Positions 54,262 through 64,000 are shown, counted from the first letter of the stretch. The stretch is 64,000 nucleotides of DNA from Alphaproteobacteria bacterium (GCA_964291285.2 OZ219787.1:480001-544000), one strand, 5' to 3'. Numbers and translations: made by a program. Notes: generated by a model from the letters alone, not told the origin.

Positions 54262-55047
54262 GTGTTCACCAGTAATCCCTTCGCCGCGCTTTCGGGGTCG
54301 ATCGACCCCGGTGTCATGCAGACCTATGTGGTCGTCATGATCGCCCTGGTCGTGGGCGGCACCCTGTTCGACATCTGGCACAAGGGCAGCGCCGCCTATT
54401 TCTTCCGCAGCTGGCGGAAAACGCAGGACAGGGGAACGCGCCGCGTCGGCGGCGGGGAAATGTCGGCGCTTGCCGTCCGGACCGCCCTGGCGGAGGGCCT
54501 GACGTCCGCCGAATTCGGCCCGGGGCGCCGCCGGACAGCGCACCTGCTGACGATGTACGGTTTCCTGGCCTACATCGTCACCACCGTCATCATGGTGTTC
54601 TGGTTCCCGACGCCCGCCACACCGACGCCCGCCATACTGCCGCAGCTGTGGGTCATCGGGGCCCTGCTGGTCTGCGTCGGCGGCTACTGGTTCTGGTTCT
54701 TCATCCGGGTCGATGTGGCGGCCGAGGGCCACACGCCCTTCCGGGTGGTGCGCGCCGACCTGTTCATCCTCTCGCTCCTGGCCAGCACGACGCTGGGGCT
54801 GATCTGGGCCGGCCTGCAGGCGATGGAGAGTTCGTGGACGACCGTGTTCCTGGGCCTCTACCTCATCGCCACGACAGTGCTGTTCGGGTCCGTTCCATGG
54901 TCCAAGTTCTCGCACATGTTCTACAAGCCCGCAGCGGCTCTGGAGAAACGGGTGTCGGAGGCGACCGGTTCGAGGCGCAACCTCCCGGCTCCCGCGGACA
55001 AGCCGGAAATGTTCGGCAGTGCGCGCGAAAGGCCCCGCCACTACTGA
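54262..55047 (+). CDS. aprM: Adenylylsulfate reductase membrane anchor
   Basis: About five TM helices, H..KGSA.YFF, AHLLTMYG and WSKFSHMFYK; immediately upstream of aprBA. Confidence 0.9.
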   Translation: MFTSNPFAALSGSIDPGVMQTYVVVMIALVVGGTLFDIWHKGSAAYFFRSWRKTQDRGTRRVGGGEMSALAVRTALAEGLTSAEFGPGRRRTAHLLTMYGFLAYIVTTVIMVFWFPTPATPTPAILPQLWVIGALLVCVGGYWFWFFIRVDVAAEGHTPFRVVRADLFILSLLASTTLGLIWAGLQAMESSWTTVFLGLYLIATTVLFGSVPWSKFSHMFYKPAAALEKRVSEATGSRRNLPAPADKPEMFGSARERPRHY

Positions 55048-55089
55048 TCGGCCCGTATCGGTCGTTAATGGAGGAGATAACGGAACCCG

Positions 55090-55551
55090 ATGCCGACATT
55101 CGTTTATATGACCAGTTGCGACGGCTGCGGATATTGCGTGGATATCTGCCCGTCCGACATCATGCACATCGATAAGACCACCCGGCGCGCCTACAACATC
55201 GAGCCCAACATGTGCTGGGAGTGCTACTCCTGCGTGAAGGCCTGCCCGCAGCACGCCATCGACTGCCGCGGCTACGCCGACTTCGCGCCCCTGGGCCACA
55301 GCGTCCGGGTGCTGAGGGAGGAAGAGAAGGGCGCCATTTCCTGGAAGATCAAGTTCCGGGACGGCCAGGAAAAGGATTTCGTTTCCCCGATCCGGACCGA
55401 GCCCTGGGGATCGATCAAGCCGCCGGCCGACTACGAGGCGCCCACCGCCGAAGCGATGAAATCCCAGCAACTCGCGCACGAGCCGGATGCGCTCCACATC
55501 GAGGCCCTGCCCACGCTGCAGCCGGACCGAACCAGTGAGGGAGGCCACTAG
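55090..55551 (+). CDS. aprB: Adenylylsulfate reductase beta subunit
   Basis: MPTFVYMT.CDGCG.CVDICPSD and CWECYSCVKACP (two 4Fe-4S clusters). Confidence 0.97.
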   Translation: MPTFVYMTSCDGCGYCVDICPSDIMHIDKTTRRAYNIEPNMCWECYSCVKACPQHAIDCRGYADFAPLGHSVRVLREEEKGAISWKIKFRDGQEKDFVSPIRTEPWGSIKPPADYEAPTAEAMKSQQLAHEPDALHIEALPTLQPDRTSEGGH

Positions 55552-57395
55552 TGAGTTTGTTCGCTCGCCGGAAAACGGTTTTCGTGGACGCGGATATCCT
55601 GGTCGTCGGCGGCGGCATGGCCGGCTGCGGGGCTACCTACGAAGCCGGCTATTGGGGGCGCGACCTGAAGGTGGTCTGCGTCGAGAAGGCGAACATCGAG
55701 CGCAGCGGCGCCGTCGCCCAGGGCCTGTATGCGATCAACTGCTACATGGGCATGCAGTGGAACGAGAACCAGCCCGAGGACCATGTCCGCTACGCCCGGA
55801 ACGACCTCATGGGCCTGGTGCGCGAGGATCTGGGCTTCGACATCGCCCGGCATGTCGACTCCACGGTGCACAAGTTCGAGGAGTGGGGCCTTCCCATCAT
55901 GAAGGACCCGGAAACCGGGCGTTATCTGCGCGAAGGCAAGTGGCAGATCATGATCCACGGCGAGAGCTACAAGCCCATCGTCGCGGAGGCCGCCCGCAAG
56001 GCCGCCACCGAAGTCTACAACCGGATCATGGTGACCCACCTGCTGACGGACTCCAAAAATCCGAACCGCGTCGCCGGCGCCGTCGGGTTCAATGTCCGCA
56101 CGGGGGATTTCTACGTCTTCCGCGCGAAGGCGGTCATCGTGTCCGCCGGCGGCGCCTCGCACATCTTCAAGCCCCGGGCGGTGGGCGAAGGCATGGGGCG
56201 CACCTGGTACGCCCCCTGGAGCAGCGCCTCGGCCTATGCGCTGCCGATCCTTGTCGGCGCCAAGATGACCCAGATGGAGAACCGGGTCGTCCTCACCCGC
56301 TTCAAGGACGGCTACGGTCCGGTCGGCGCCTATTTCCTCCACCTCAAGACGTACACCGAGAACGCCTACGGGGAGGAATACGAGTCGAAATGGTACGACC
56401 ACACCAAGGAGCTGGTCGGGGACTATATCGACCGGCATCCGGTGCCTACCTGCCTGCGCAACCACGCCTTCCTGGAGGAGGTCAAGGCCGGCGGAGGCCC
56501 GATCCGGATGGTGACGAAGGAAGCCTTCGCCGATCCTCATCTGGAGCAGGTCGGCTGGGAGAACTTCCTCGGCATGACCATCGGACAGGCGGTCGTCTGG
56601 GCGTCCCAGAACATCGACCCCAAGCACACCAATCCTGAACTGACCACGTCCGAGCCCTACGTCATGGGATCGCACGCCACCTGCTCGGGCGCCTGGGCGA
56701 GCGGACCGGAAGACTGCGCGCCGGCGGATTACCAGTGGGGATACAACCGGATGATGTCCGTCGAGGGGCTGTTCGGCGCCGGCGACACCATCGGCGGCAC
56801 CGCCCACAAGTTCTCGTCGGGGTCCTTCACGGAGGGCCGGATCGCCGGCAAGGCGGCGGTCAACTACGTCAACGACATGAAGGGCGACCGGCCCCAGGTG
56901 AGCGAGCGGGAATACGAAGACCTCAAGAGGACCGTCTTCCAGCCGCTGGAGACCTACCGGGTCGGCCGCAACGAGATCGTCGCGGGCACGGTCTCGCCGA
57001 GCTACATCCTGCCGATCCACGGCCTTCAGCGCCTCGAAAAGATCATGGACGACTATGTCGGCGGCATCAGCTCGAATTACGTCACGAACGAACCCATGCT
57101 CACCCGCGGGCTGGAACTGCTGACCATGCTGAAGGAAGACCTCGGCAGCCTCGGGGCCGAAGACCTCCACCAGCTCCAGCGGGCGTGGGAGCTTCACCAC
57201 CGGGTCCTGGCCTCGGAGTCCGTGACGCACCACACGATGTTCAGGACGGAAACCCGGTGGCCGGGATATTACTACCGGGCCGACCATCCGAAGCTGGACG
57301 ACGCCGACTGGCACTGCTTCACCCTGTCCCGCTACGACCGGGAAACCGGGGAATGGACCATGGAGAAGGCCCCCGTCCACCACATCATCGACTAG
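55551..57395 (+). CDS. aprA: Adenylylsulfate reductase alpha subunit
   Basis: GGGMAGCG, RSGAVAQGL.AIN, WQIMIHGESYK, HKFSSGSFTEGR and ETRWPGYYYR. Confidence 0.97.
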   Translation: MSLFARRKTVFVDADILVVGGGMAGCGATYEAGYWGRDLKVVCVEKANIERSGAVAQGLYAINCYMGMQWNENQPEDHVRYARNDLMGLVREDLGFDIARHVDSTVHKFEEWGLPIMKDPETGRYLREGKWQIMIHGESYKPIVAEAARKAATEVYNRIMVTHLLTDSKNPNRVAGAVGFNVRTGDFYVFRAKAVIVSAGGASHIFKPRAVGEGMGRTWYAPWSSASAYALPILVGAKMTQMENRVVLTRFKDGYGPVGAYFLHLKTYTENAYGEEYESKWYDHTKELVGDYIDRHPVPTCLRNHAFLEEVKAGGGPIRMVTKEAFADPHLEQVGWENFLGMTIGQAVVWASQNIDPKHTNPELTTSEPYVMGSHATCSGAWASGPEDCAPADYQWGYNRMMSVEGLFGAGDTIGGTAHKFSSGSFTEGRIAGKAAVNYVNDMKGDRPQVSEREYEDLKRTVFQPLETYRVGRNEIVAGTVSPSYILPIHGLQRLEKIMDDYVGGISSNYVTNEPMLTRGLELLTMLKEDLGSLGAEDLHQLQRAWELHHRVLASESVTHHTMFRTETRWPGYYYRADHPKLDDADWHCFTLSRYDRETGEWTMEKAPVHHIID

Positions 57396-57423
57396 CCCCC
57401 GTCTCCTGCCCCGGTAACGTCCC

Positions 57424-58683
57424 TTGTCGACGCTGATCGCCCCGCACGGCAATGCCGCCCTGAAGCCCCTGCTGCTGCCCCCGGAGGAGCGGGGCGAGGG
57501 TCTGCAGAGGGCGCGCACCCTGAAGAAGCTGCCGCTCTCGAGCCGCGAGGTCTCGGACCTCTTCATGCTCGCCATGGGCGCCTACACGCCGCTTGACGGG
57601 TTCATGGGCGCGGCCGACTGGCGCGGCGCGTGCCTCGACATGCGGCTGGAGAACGGGCTCTTCTGGCCGCTGCCGATCACGCTTTCCTGCGGCGAAGACT
57701 TCGCCGTCGCCGTGGGCGAAGACGTGGCGCTGACGGACGAGGGAGGGGAAATCCTCGGCGTTCTCACGGTCACCGAGAAATACGCCATCGACAAGACCCT
57801 CGAGTGCCAGGAGGTCTATCGCACTGCCGATGAGGCCCATCCGGGCGTCGCCAAGGTGATGGCGCAGGGCGCCGTCAACCTGGCGGGCCCGATGTCGGTG
57901 TTTTCCGAGGGCCACTTTCCCGAGACCTATCGCGGGCTTTACCTGCGCCCGGCCGAAACCCGGGCGCTGTTCGCCGAAAAGGGCTGGTCCACGGTCGCCG
58001 CCTTCCAGACCCGCAACCCCATGCACCGCAGCCACGAGTTTCTCGCCAAGGTCGCCATCGAGGTGTGCGACGGGCTGCTCATCCACCAGGTCCTGGGCGC
58101 GCTCAAGGAAGGCGACATTCCGGCCGAGGTCCGGGTCCGCGCCATCGACTGGCTGGTCGCCAACCACTTTGCGCAAGGCAAGGTGGTCCAGGCCGGCTAT
58201 CCGATAGAGATGCGCTATGCCGGCCCCCGGGAGGCGCTGCTGCACGCGCTGTTCCGCCAGAATTTCGGCTGCTCGCACCTGGTGGTGGGGCGCGACCATG
58301 CCGGGCTCGGCGGCTATTACGGGCCCTACGACGCACACCGCATATTCGATGGGATCGGCGCCGACAGCCTTGCCATCCGGCCGCTGAAGATCGACGACAC
58401 GTTCCATTGCTTCGACTGCGGGGGCATGGCGACCGGCAATGTGTGCTTCGCTGCCGACGATGGGACGGAACCGCCGGGCGAGGAGGAGCGCTATCGCATG
58501 GTGGCGGCGGTGGCGACGGGCAATGCCGCGGGCCGGCCCTGCGCGCAAGGGGACGGCGGCAAGCTCCGCATCTCGGGCACCCGGCTGCGCGAGATGTTCG
58601 CCGGCGGTGAGACGATCCCGCCCGAATACAGCCGCGGCGGGGTGGCCGCCATCCTCCAGGCCTATTACGACGGCGCCGCTTGA
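57424..58683 (+). CDS. sat: Sulfate adenylyltransferase
   Basis: FQTRNPMHRSHE, MRYAGPREA, VGRDHAG and ISGT.LR. Confidence 0.95.
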   Translation: MSTLIAPHGNAALKPLLLPPEERGEGLQRARTLKKLPLSSREVSDLFMLAMGAYTPLDGFMGAADWRGACLDMRLENGLFWPLPITLSCGEDFAVAVGEDVALTDEGGEILGVLTVTEKYAIDKTLECQEVYRTADEAHPGVAKVMAQGAVNLAGPMSVFSEGHFPETYRGLYLRPAETRALFAEKGWSTVAAFQTRNPMHRSHEFLAKVAIEVCDGLLIHQVLGALKEGDIPAEVRVRAIDWLVANHFAQGKVVQAGYPIEMRYAGPREALLHALFRQNFGCSHLVVGRDHAGLGGYYGPYDAHRIFDGIGADSLAIRPLKIDDTFHCFDCGGMATGNVCFAADDGTEPPGEEERYRMVAAVATGNAAGRPCAQGDGGKLRISGTRLREMFAGGETIPPEYSRGGVAAILQAYYDGAA

Positions 58684-58740
58684 TTTCGCGGCGGTTCCGG
58701 TCCATCTAGGACCGCATATTGTGCCGGGAGGACGCAGCCG

Positions 58741-59292
58741 ATGTTCATTCAGACCGAACAGACCCCCAACCCCGCAACGCTGAAATTCATTCCCGGCGTG
58801 CAGGTGATGGCGCGCGGCACGGCCGATTTCCCGTCTCCGGAGGGCGCGGAACGCTCGCCGCTGGCCCAGGCGCTGTTCGACGTGCCGGGGGTCCGGGCGG
58901 TGTTTTTCGGCAGCGACTTCGTGACCGTCAGCAAGGACGATGCGCGCGACTGGCAGACGCTGAAGCCGATGATCCTCGGCGCGGTCATGGACCATTTCAT
59001 GGCCGGCCGTCCCGTCATTCTGGCCGGTGACGAGAGCGAGGCCGACGACGGCGCCGAGGACAGCGAGGTCGTCTCGCAGATCAAGGAACTGCTGGAGACG
59101 CGGGTCCGCCCGGCGGTGGCGCAGGACGGCGGCGACATCGTCTTCCGCGCGTTCGAGGACGGCGTCGTCTATCTCAGCATGCAGGGCGCCTGCGCCGGCT
59201 GCCCGAGCTCGACGGCGACGCTCAAGATGGGCGTCGAGAACATGCTGCGCCACTACATCCCGGAAGTCGAAGCGGTTTATCCCGTCCCCTGA
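58741..59292 (+). CDS. NifU/Nfu family Fe-S cluster carrier
   Basis: MFIQTE.TPNP.TLKF, RPAVAQDGGDI and GACAGCPSS. Confidence 0.93.
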   Translation: MFIQTEQTPNPATLKFIPGVQVMARGTADFPSPEGAERSPLAQALFDVPGVRAVFFGSDFVTVSKDDARDWQTLKPMILGAVMDHFMAGRPVILAGDESEADDGAEDSEVVSQIKELLETRVRPAVAQDGGDIVFRAFEDGVVYLSMQGACAGCPSSTATLKMGVENMLRHYIPEVEAVYPVP

Positions 59293-59335
59293 GGACGCTC
59301 GGGGCGGGGACCCGCCGGACGACCCCGCGCATCCC

Positions 59336-59941
59336 ATGGTCGAAATCGCGCTCGATTGCGCGGCCAACGCCTGTTCCGTCGCCGTCGCACGGGGCGGAAA
59401 GCCGCTCGCAAGCCATTGGAGGAGGATGGAGCGCGGCCACGCGGAGGCGGCGCCGGTCATGCTGGAACGCGCCATGGCGGACGCCGGCGCGGCCTTTCCC
59501 GAGATTTCGCGAATTGTCGTCACGCGCGGCCCCGGCTCCTTCACCGGCATCCGCATAGCGCTGGCGGCGGCGCGCGGCCTGGCGCTCGTCACCGGAGCCG
59601 GGATTGCGGCCGTGCCGACCTTCGAGGCGCTGCGCCCGGCGGAGCCGCCGGAGGGCCGCCTCTTCGCCGTGCTGGATACCAAACGCGGCAGCCTTTACGC
59701 CGCCGACCTTTCCGGCGCCGCCGAGCCGTTCGTCACGACGGCGGAGGCCCTGCTCGCCGAGGCGCCTTTCACCGTTACCGGCGATGCAGCGGCCGCGCTT
59801 GCGGCGCTTGCGCCGGGCGCGGTCCGGGCGCTCGCGCCGGCAATGCCGGACGCCGCCCGGCTTCTGGGCAGAGTGTTGCCGACCGGCCCTGCCTCGCCGC
59901 TCTACCTCACCGCGCCGCATACGGGGCCCGTCCGGCGGTGA
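59336..59941 (+). CDS. tsaB: tRNA t6A biosynthesis protein TsaB
   Basis: RGHAE, GPGSFTGIR and PLYL; follows nfu. Confidence 0.9.
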   Translation: MVEIALDCAANACSVAVARGGKPLASHWRRMERGHAEAAPVMLERAMADAGAAFPEISRIVVTRGPGSFTGIRIALAAARGLALVTGAGIAAVPTFEALRPAEPPEGRLFAVLDTKRGSLYAADLSGAAEPFVTTAEALLAEAPFTVTGDAAAALAALAPGAVRALAPAMPDAARLLGRVLPTGPASPLYLTAPHTGPVRR

Positions 59942-60396
59942 TCGCGGCCGACCCTTCCCACGCCGAAATCATCGCAGCCATCCACCGCGCGGCCATGCCG
60001 GAGGCTGCGTGGTCGGTGGACGCCTGGCGCAGCCTGCTCTCCGCACCCGGCGCGCGCACCCGCATCGCCATGGACGGAAGAACGGTGCCCATCGGCTTCC
60101 TGCATCTGCGCACCGCCGGCGACGAAGCGGAAGTGGTGATGATCGCGACCCACCCCTCCGCGCAGCGTCGGGGCATTGCGACAGCGCTGATCGAAGATGC
60201 CGCCGCATCTCTTGACGGTCGAACGCTGTTTCTGGAAGTAGCGGTAAGCAATGACGCCGCGCGCGCGCTCTATGCCCGCTTCGGGTTCGAGCCGGTCGGA
60301 CGCCGGCCCGGCTACTACCGCACCGCCTCGGGCCGGGAGGATGCCCTTGTCCTCCGCCTCGTCCAGGACACTGCCGGCCCCGGTCAGCGCCGGTAG
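59938..60396 (+). CDS. rimI: RimI-like GNAT acetyltransferase
   Basis: QRRGIA, FLEVA..N..AR.LY...GF..VGRR..YY; follows tsaB. Confidence 0.85.
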   Translation: MIAADPSHAEIIAAIHRAAMPEAAWSVDAWRSLLSAPGARTRIAMDGRTVPIGFLHLRTAGDEAEVVMIATHPSAQRRGIATALIEDAAASLDGRTLFLEVAVSNDAARALYARFGFEPVGRRPGYYRTASGREDALVLRLVQDTAGPGQRR

Positions 60397-61160
60397 TCGT
60401 CCATGCCCGCCCGCTCGAGCTGGCGCAGCAGGGCCGGCCATTCCTTGCCGACCTCGATGAAGCCGCCGCGGCCATACATCGACTTGCCCGTCGCGATCGT
60501 CTTTTCCTGGGTTGCCGGCGTGATTTCGCGGAGCGCCGCGCCGCCGGACTGGGCGTCGATCTGGTGGCGGCAGGCGGTCTCGATCCGGTACATCCACACG
60601 AACGCCTCGCCCATCGTCTCGCCGACCGTCAGCAGGCCGTGGTTGCGCAGCATCAGGATCCGCCGGTCCCCGAGGTCGCGCACGATCCGCGGCCGCTCGT
60701 CCGCGTCGGTCGCCGTGCCCTCGAAGTCGTGGTAGCCGAGCCAGCCCATGACGGTCAGCGCCTTCTGGCTGGCCGGCAACAGCCCATGGTCCTGCATCGC
60801 GACGGCGACGCCGTATCGCGAGTGCGTGTGCATGATGAAATGCAGGTGCGGCATGGCCGTGTGGATCGCGCCGTGGATGACGAAGCCGGCGAGATTGGCG
60901 CCGTGGCCGGTCTCGCTCTGCACATTGCCCTGCCGGTCCACCACGATCAGCGAGGACGCCGTGATCTCCTCGAAGAACATGCCGAACGGGTTCAGCAGGA
61001 AGGAATCCTCCGTCCCCGGCAGGCGGGCCGAAATGTGGGTGTTGTTGAGGTCCGTCCAGCCGTAGAGCGCGCACAGCCTGTAGGCCGCGGCAAGGTCGCA
61101 CCGCGCCTCCCATTCCTCGTCGCTCATGCCGACGGGCCTTCCGTCCGCGAACGTATCCAT
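60384..61160 (-). CDS. Class II aldolase/adducin family protein
   Basis: THISAR, GFVIHGAIH, HTH and LRNHG. Confidence 0.9.
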   Translation of the reverse strand: MDTFADGRPVGMSDEEWEARCDLAAAYRLCALYGWTDLNNTHISARLPGTEDSFLLNPFGMFFEEITASSLIVVDRQGNVQSETGHGANLAGFVIHGAIHTAMPHLHFIMHTHSRYGVAVAMQDHGLLPASQKALTVMGWLGYHDFEGTATDADERPRIVRDLGDRRILMLRNHGLLTVGETMGEAFVWMYRIETACRHQIDAQSGGAALREITPATQEKTIATGKSMYGRGGFIEVGKEWPALLRQLERAGMDDYRR

Positions 61161-61235
61161 ATCCGCCGCCTCCTCGTCAGGGTCGGCGGAGCATACCCCC
61201 TGCCTCGCCTCTTCGGCAAAGTTGTCGCGAAACCG

Positions 61236-62327
61236 CTACAGGCAGCGAAGCCGGCTGTCGATGTCGGTGCGGTCGATATAGAAACCCCGCAGCCAGCGTT
61301 CCCCGGTGGACGGATCGAAGGCGTCGCGCCCGTGCAGCACCCGGCGGTTGTCGAAGGCGATCATGGTGCCCGGCTCCATCAGCGTGTGCAGCGTGAGTTC
61401 GGGCCGGCGGGTAATCGTCATCAGCCGCCGATAGGCTGCATAGTAGCGTCTCGTTGCCGCAGGATCGGCGTCGAGCCGTATCTCGTCCGCCAGGGCCGGG
61501 TTAAGGGCGATTTCGGCGAGTTCACCGTCATCGTCCAGGGCCAGGACCGGGCGGCGATGGCGCATGTCGGACACGTCGTCGATGAACCGGTAGGGCATTC
61601 TCTGCCGGCTCAGCAGGTCGAAATCCTCGGGCGCCTCGTCCCGCAAGACCCGGCCGGCGCGAAACCCGTCCACGAACAGGCTGGCGCCTCCGACAGCCCC
61701 GTTGCGCACACAATGCAGGAACTGCACGCCCGGCGGCGTTTCGAAATAGGGAAGATCGGTGTGCGGCGCGAGCGCGTGAGCTGTGTAGGCGAGGCCGTTC
61801 GGCTTGGGATGGGTATAGACCTCGAAGATGCGGCCGAAATAGGTCTCGCGGATATACGCGATGCGCTGGCCGAAGGCGACGCCGGCTTCGGGATCGTCCC
61901 CCAGTCCTTCGACCAGTGCGAGGCCGAAGCGTTTCAGGTCGATGAGGAACACCTTGAGGTCGCCGCCGGCAGCGTGGCGGGGAAGGCTTTCGGCAAGCGA
62001 GGCATCCCAGAGTTCCGGAACGATCGCCGCGGGGTCGGCCGGCTGCGGCGCGTCCGGCCTGCGGGCCTCCAGCCAGGCCATCGGCACCTGGCTGACGCCC
62101 TCGCCCTCCGGCCAGCGGAGGACCAGCATATCGTCGCTGAGTTCGACATCGTCAGGACGAATGTCAGGCGCGACGCCGGCAAGGTCGAATCGCCGCTCGC
62201 GGGTGACGGGGTCGAATGCGCCGGGTTCGTTGACGCGCATCCATATCCACGGGAAGCGCGTCGACTCACCGCCGGGCCAGCGGACCTCCAGGTCCAGTTC
62301 GTCATGCGTGATCGCGTAGGCGTTCAT
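61236..62327 (-). CDS. Gamma-butyrobetaine dioxygenase-like TauD family enzyme
   Basis: N-terminal GBBH-like domain (W..G...F..IW.R.N), LAYT...L.PHTDLPY and FDNRRVLHGR. Confidence 0.85.
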   Translation of the reverse strand: MNAYAITHDELDLEVRWPGGESTRFPWIWMRVNEPGAFDPVTRERRFDLAGVAPDIRPDDVELSDDMLVLRWPEGEGVSQVPMAWLEARRPDAPQPADPAAIVPELWDASLAESLPRHAAGGDLKVFLIDLKRFGLALVEGLGDDPEAGVAFGQRIAYIRETYFGRIFEVYTHPKPNGLAYTAHALAPHTDLPYFETPPGVQFLHCVRNGAVGGASLFVDGFRAGRVLRDEAPEDFDLLSRQRMPYRFIDDVSDMRHRRPVLALDDDGELAEIALNPALADEIRLDADPAATRRYYAAYRRLMTITRRPELTLHTLMEPGTMIAFDNRRVLHGRDAFDPSTGERWLRGFYIDRTDIDSRLRCL

Positions 62328-62673
62328 CGTTGGACCTCCGTTCGCGCGGGCATCTTGTGGCCGGGATTTGCGATTGGCGCAGGCGGGGCGGGACAGGCTG
62401 GAGGGCGACGGGAACCGACGAGCAGCGACATGACGATCCCACCTCCCGCAACGGCCCGGCCGCCTGCTTGCGGCGCCGGTTGTCGGTGCTGGAGAAAGAA
62501 TCGTTCAGGACGGAGGGCCTTCACTTGTCGTGATGCGACCGTGCAGAAGCCCGGATGCGACTTCCGGACGGAAAAAATGCCGGAGCAGCCGGTAACGCCC
62601 TTCTTGCCGGGCCGAAACCCCGTTCTAATTCGGACTATAGTTGTCGAACCGACAAAGGTGAGGAGCGCGCGAA

Positions 62674-63087
62674 ATGAGCGAAGAGACGCCAAGCCGCCGC
62701 GACCTTCTGGAACAGACTTCGAGAATCGTGTCGGCGCACGTCTCCAACAATACGGTCGCGGTCGGCGATCTTCCCGATCTCATCCGGCAGGTTTACGGCA
62801 CCATTGCAAGCCTCGGCGAACGCCCGCAGGGACCCTCCGAACGCCCGATTCCGGCAGTTCCCATTCGCCGGTCGGTAATGCCGGACCACATTGTGTGCCT
62901 TGAAGACGGCAAGAAGCTCAAGATGCTCCGGCGCCATCTCAAGACGGCCTACAACATGACACCGGAGGAATACCGCGAACGCTGGAATCTGCCGGCCGAT
63001 TACCCGATGGTTGCGCCCAACTATGCGGCCCAACGGAGCGAACTCGCGAGGAAGATCGGCCTCGGCCGCCGCACGCCCCGCACTTGA
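62674..63087 (+). CDS. mucR: MucR/Ros family transcriptional regulator
   Basis: IVSAHVSNN, IVCLEDGKKLKMLRRHL and YPMVAPNYA..RS.LA..IGLG. Confidence 0.95.
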   Translation: MSEETPSRRDLLEQTSRIVSAHVSNNTVAVGDLPDLIRQVYGTIASLGERPQGPSERPIPAVPIRRSVMPDHIVCLEDGKKLKMLRRHLKTAYNMTPEEYRERWNLPADYPMVAPNYAAQRSELARKIGLGRRTPRT

Positions 63088-63182
63088 TGCCGAGGCGGCG
63101 GCAGGGCCGAAGAACGCACGGCCGCACTAGGCGCGCCGCTCCGGGCGGAGTAGACTGGACCCGCTCATGGAAAGGCGCTGCT

Positions 63183-64000
63183 GTGGCTCTCAAGGTAAGG
63201 AAAGCGGTAAGCCGGGTGGTTCCGCGCCGGCGGGTGTCGCCGCCCGGCAAGCGCGGGCTTATCGTGCCGTTTTTCGGCCCGGCCGCACGCCGCCGGCGCG
63301 CAGCCCCCCTCGCCCAGCGCAGCCCGTTTATCGTCGAGTCCGGCGACCTCGTCGTCCGCCTGGCTCAAACGGATGCCGACATCGACGCCGCCCAGGCCCT
63401 GCGCTTCAAGGTCTTCTACGAAGAGATGACGGCGCAGCCGAGCCCGGCGATTGCGGCGGCGGCGCGCGATTTCGACCGGTTCGACCCCTATTGCGACCAT
63501 CTCATCGTTCTGGACCGCCGCCTCGGCAGCGGCTCGTCCGCCATCGTCGGCACCTACCGGCTGATGCGGCGCGATGCGGCGGCCCGCATCGGGCGCTTCT
63601 ACACCCAGGACGAGTACAATATCCGCAAGCTGCTGCGCGGTGGGCGGCAAATCCTGGAACTCGGACGTTCCTGCGTCCATCCGGACTACCGCCGCCACCA
63701 CACCATGCAGATGCTCTGGCGCGGTATCGCGCGCTATGTGATGCATTACAATGTCAAGCTGCTGTTCGGCTGCGGCAGCTTTCCCGGCGCCGATCCGGAG
63801 GCGCATGCCCTGCCGCTCTCCTACCTGCATTACGAACATCTTGCTCCCCTTGCGGTTCGCCCGAAGGCGCTTCGTTCGCGCCATGTCGAGATGCGGCGCC
63901 TTGCCCGCGAGGATATCGACGAGAGGCAGGCGCTCGCCGCCCTGCCACCGCTCATCAAGGGCTATTTGCGCCTCGGGGGCGGCGTCGGCGACGGCGCGGT
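63183..64000 (+). CDS. olsB: OlsB-like GNAT N-acyltransferase (ornithine lipid synthesis), runs off the window end
   Basis: Translated by eye: VRLA...DIDAAQALRFKVFYEE, DRFDPYCDHL, VGTYRL, LELGRSCVHPDYR, LFGCGSF, LPPLIKGYLRLG. Start uncertain (63183 or 63264). Confidence 0.8.
   Translation, partial: MALKVRKAVSRVVPRRRVSPPGKRGLIVPFFGPAARRRRAAPLAQRSPFIVESGDLVVRLAQTDADIDAAQALRFKVFYEEMTAQPSPAIAAAARDFDRFDPYCDHLIVLDRRLGSGSSAIVGTYRLMRRDAAARIGRFYTQDEYNIRKLLRGGRQILELGRSCVHPDYRRHHTMQMLWRGIARYVMHYNVKLLFGCGSFPGADPEAHALPLSYLHYEHLAPLAVRPKALRSRHVEMRRLAREDIDERQALAALPPLIKGYLRLGGGVGDGA

Overview
GC-rich chromosomal window from an alphaproteobacterium, probably Rhodospirillales-like. This is inferred from mucR, TIGR02186-tauE-usp, ppiD-trpE, nfu-tsaB-rimI and an olsB-like gene. 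Bases 1-30 kb hold two GT4 glycosyltransferases and a dense catabolic/redox region (TRAP transporter, LLM monooxygenase, TauD, CMD/AhpD, Mo-hydroxylase large subunit, amidohydrolase, Rieske fusion, amidase, acyl-CoA genes) that contains an orphan MT-A70 methyltransferase. After ppiD-trpE-parE comes a small defence islet. It has a low-GC membrane/Zn-ribbon gene and an MmeI-like type IIL restriction-modification gene split by a 4,049-bp IS21-family element (TG...CA ends, 5-bp CCCGT target duplication). Besides istAB, this element carries a structured leader, a Zn-finger ORF and a Toprim/primase-like gene with degenerate catalytic motifs, and its strand composition inverts from one end to the other. 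The right part has gluQ, a bacterial voltage-gated Na channel, speDE, an aprMBA-sat sulfite-oxidation module, nfu-tsaB-rimI, mucR and a partial olsB-like gene. Two diverged copies (about 16.7-17.1 kb and 43.5-44.0 kb) of an unannotated 400-500 bp intergenic element share a promoter-like head, an identical 33-bp hairpin core, an RBS plus short ORF, and CATGACA repeats phased at about 10 bp. No rRNA, tRNA or CRISPR array was seen. All family calls come from motif recognition by eye; no database search was run.
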